From Patescibacteria group bacterium (lineage in GTDB: Bacteria > Patescibacteriota > Doudnabacteria > UBA920), in the NCBI GenBank assembly GCA_036726225.1, contig DAIMCS010000001.1:5776-69775 (forward strand): 64,000 nucleotides of DNA, read 5' to 3'. The position numbers and the translations under genes are program-made. This document shows, piece by piece, positions 62,581 to 64,000 of the stretch. Within the stretch, counting starts at the first letter, position 1, and every line of letters begins with the position of its first letter. A model generated the notes under the pieces. That model saw only the letters and a list, made by a program, of their open reading frames with translations, made no database searches and had not been told where the DNA came from.

Positions 62581-62722
62581 CAGGTGGTTTCCCGTTTAAT
62601 CAACTCTTTACGTTTTTAAAGAGTTTGAGAGTTCTTTAACAGTTCGTAAATTTCTGCCAGCGGCGCTCCGCTGGTCGTCGAAACCTTTCCGGTGAAAATC
62701 GGAACAAACCTTAGGAGGGTTT

Positions 62723-63505
62723 GTGGAAAAATTCAGTTTCTGGGGATTCTCGTTTCCGTCAATATTAATGGGTGTTGGCATTGCAATCGACGTCGCAATC
62801 GCCACGTTTTCCAAATTCCGCGACCGGGGAATGTCCTACAAAAATTGGACGTTACCAATAATGGGAACGCACATCGCGTTCCCAGCGGTCGGTTACTATC
62901 TGTTCTGGGGACTGAGAAGGGAATTTGAGATCCTCTCTCCGATTCTTGGAGCTATTGGGTTTCTGTTCGTTCTGGCCTTTGTCTATGAAGTGGTTAGTGA
63001 AACCGTAGGCAAAGAACCCATATTCGGTATCTCTGCATGGATAGGCAAAACGATCGGTCTGCAAGAAGACGACTCCCGCCGCTTTGTTGCTATCCTAGCA
63101 GTCAGCTGGGATGCTCTATGGAGCGGTCCGGCGAAAGCAGCGCAGGCAGTTGCTGGAAACTGGGAAACCAATGAAGTAATCCTTTCATTTCCTGTCGCTG
63201 GAATAACCGTCGCTCTCGTGGCGCAAGCCGCTCTCATCGGCGCACGGTTTTTGCGTAAAAAAAAGTTCAAGTCCGCGGGAGAAATGGCAAATTGGTTTCA
63301 TTGGGGGAAGTATGCCGAGCTGTCAGTCATTGGCGGTTTCGGAATCCTTTCGCTTGTAGAATCGGTCACACATAGAGGCAACCTCTATTGGTCGATTGCC
63401 GCGGCCGCGTTCCTGTTGATTTTTGTGTGGGCAGTTTTTCGGAAAGAAATATCTGCCAGCTCATTACAGGAAGCCGAAGAAGCAATACAAGCAGAGACCG
63501 AATAA
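62723..63505 (+). CDS. polytopic membrane protein, possibly MntP-like (DUF204) manganese exporter; GC-rich
   Basis: GTG start after SD AGGAGG; two internal repeats each with a D-A motif in TM (AIDVAIATFS; VSWDALWSG). A nested hairpin terminator follows at 63553-63630. Confidence 0.35.
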   Translation: MEKFSFWGFSFPSILMGVGIAIDVAIATFSKFRDRGMSYKNWTLPIMGTHIAFPAVGYYLFWGLRREFEILSPILGAIGFLFVLAFVYEVVSETVGKEPIFGISAWIGKTIGLQEDDSRRFVAILAVSWDALWSGPAKAAQAVAGNWETNEVILSFPVAGITVALVAQAALIGARFLRKKKFKSAGEMANWFHWGKYAELSVIGGFGILSLVESVTHRGNLYWSIAAAAFLLIFVWAVFRKEISASSLQEAEEAIQAETE

Positions 63506-63722
63506 ACTCCGGTCTAACCGAGATCCATTATCGGTGAAATAATATTTGTGGAAAGCGCAGTTCAACAATGTATGTGATGTGACAAGCAAGATGCTTGTCA
63601 CACACTACTCGAACTGCGCTTCTTTTTTTGCTTATTTACAAAAAAGCCTCGGAATGATAGACTGTTAAGTCAATTCTGTTTGGATGCGGAGAGGATTGCA
63701 AACAGAAACTAAGGAGGATCCG

Positions 63723-64000
63723 ATGATTAAAAAAACAGCTTCTCTCAATGTATCCGGTCACGATCTGGCTCAAAAAGCACTTCGTTTAGGAGCTTATTAC
63801 CTCTCGCCTGCAGAGATTTCGAAAGCAAAGGTTCATTTGGCAGGAGATTGCCAAGAGTGCCGCACCGATTCAATCGAATTGGTTTTGAATAAGGCATTCG
63901 GCAGCATCACGAAGATGCTGGCTGAGCATCCGGCGCCCGAAGTGTTCATAATGCTAAGAGAAGACGATCTGCCCAAAAAGAAACAAAATCGGCTGAAAAA
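63723..64000 (+). CDS. hypothetical protein, partial (runs off the window end)
   Basis: SD AAGGAGG 5 nt before the ATG; no stop within the window. Confidence 0.4.
   Translation, partial: MIKKTASLNVSGHDLAQKALRLGAYYLSPAEISKAKVHLAGDCQECRTDSIELVLNKAFGSITKMLAEHPAPEVFIMLREDDLPKKKQNRLK

Noticed and set aside
62570-62722. yybP-ykoY Mn2+ riboswitch upstream of the MntP-like gene
   Set aside because: No GGGGAGUAG-type conserved core was found. The region holds only simple hairpins (AACTCTTTA…TAAAGAGTT; CAGCGGcgctCCGCTG).

Overview
This 64-kb window appears to be chromosomal DNA from a small-genome, about 42% GC, uncultivated-type bacterium. Patescibacteria/CPR-like traits include GxxExxY, four-helix-bundle and DUF559 intervening genes, overlapping ATGA junctions and AT-rich spacers. 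The left 6 kb carries housekeeping genes on the minus strand: a PEBP gene (partial), a PQQ-type sugar dehydrogenase, cutA, yjbQ, acyP, a GGCT-like gene, an FAD oxidase and a HAD hydrolase. A 1.4-kb low-coding gap follows. It holds a tiny membrane-peptide gene, an RRM RNA-binding protein gene and a roughly 500-nt highly structured, terminator-ended candidate ncRNA. Next is a near-complete de novo purine operon: purL (fused to two PurS-like domains), purQ, purF, purN, purD, purE, purM, purC and purB. It is interrupted by small intervening genes (GxxExxY, a TrpR/YerC-like gene, HAD, Smr, DUF559). A cytochrome bo3-type quinol oxidase operon (cyoABCDE) follows, with a four-helix-bundle gene between cyoA and cyoB. 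Downstream are an MFS transporter, small hypothetical genes, tRNA-Asn, a DUF2975–XRE–DUF2975 module, a secreted metalloprotease, VOC/SRPBCC/DUF1428 genes and secreted LamG/Fn3 and GH-like proteins. The window ends with an ABC exporter, a GAF-PAS-GGDEF-EAL protein, mscL, an SLT transglycosylase, the dnaG-rpoD pair and a putative MntP-like membrane protein. The most unusual content is non-genic: (i) a roughly 95-bp GGGAGGGG palindromic repeat family in four copies, one carrying the DUF559 endonuclease gene exactly in its central loop; (ii) a tandem-hairpin motif (TCCGCC-YYT-GGCGGA-AAA) inserted in frame as GSASGGK at the N-termini of purD, DUF1428 and rpoD, and in the 5' UTR of a fourth gene; (iii) a family of MITE-like hairpin elements (TGTCATTCC…GGAATGACA and TTCCCGC…GCGGGAA cores) clustered at 35.8–37.5 kb and 62.3–62.6 kb; (iv) three small 'selfish' genes inside conserved operons, each flanked by its own inverted repeats; and (v) short tandem repeats inside cyoB and dnaG. 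All calls rest on reading the sequence and the ORF track and recalling family motifs; no database search was run.
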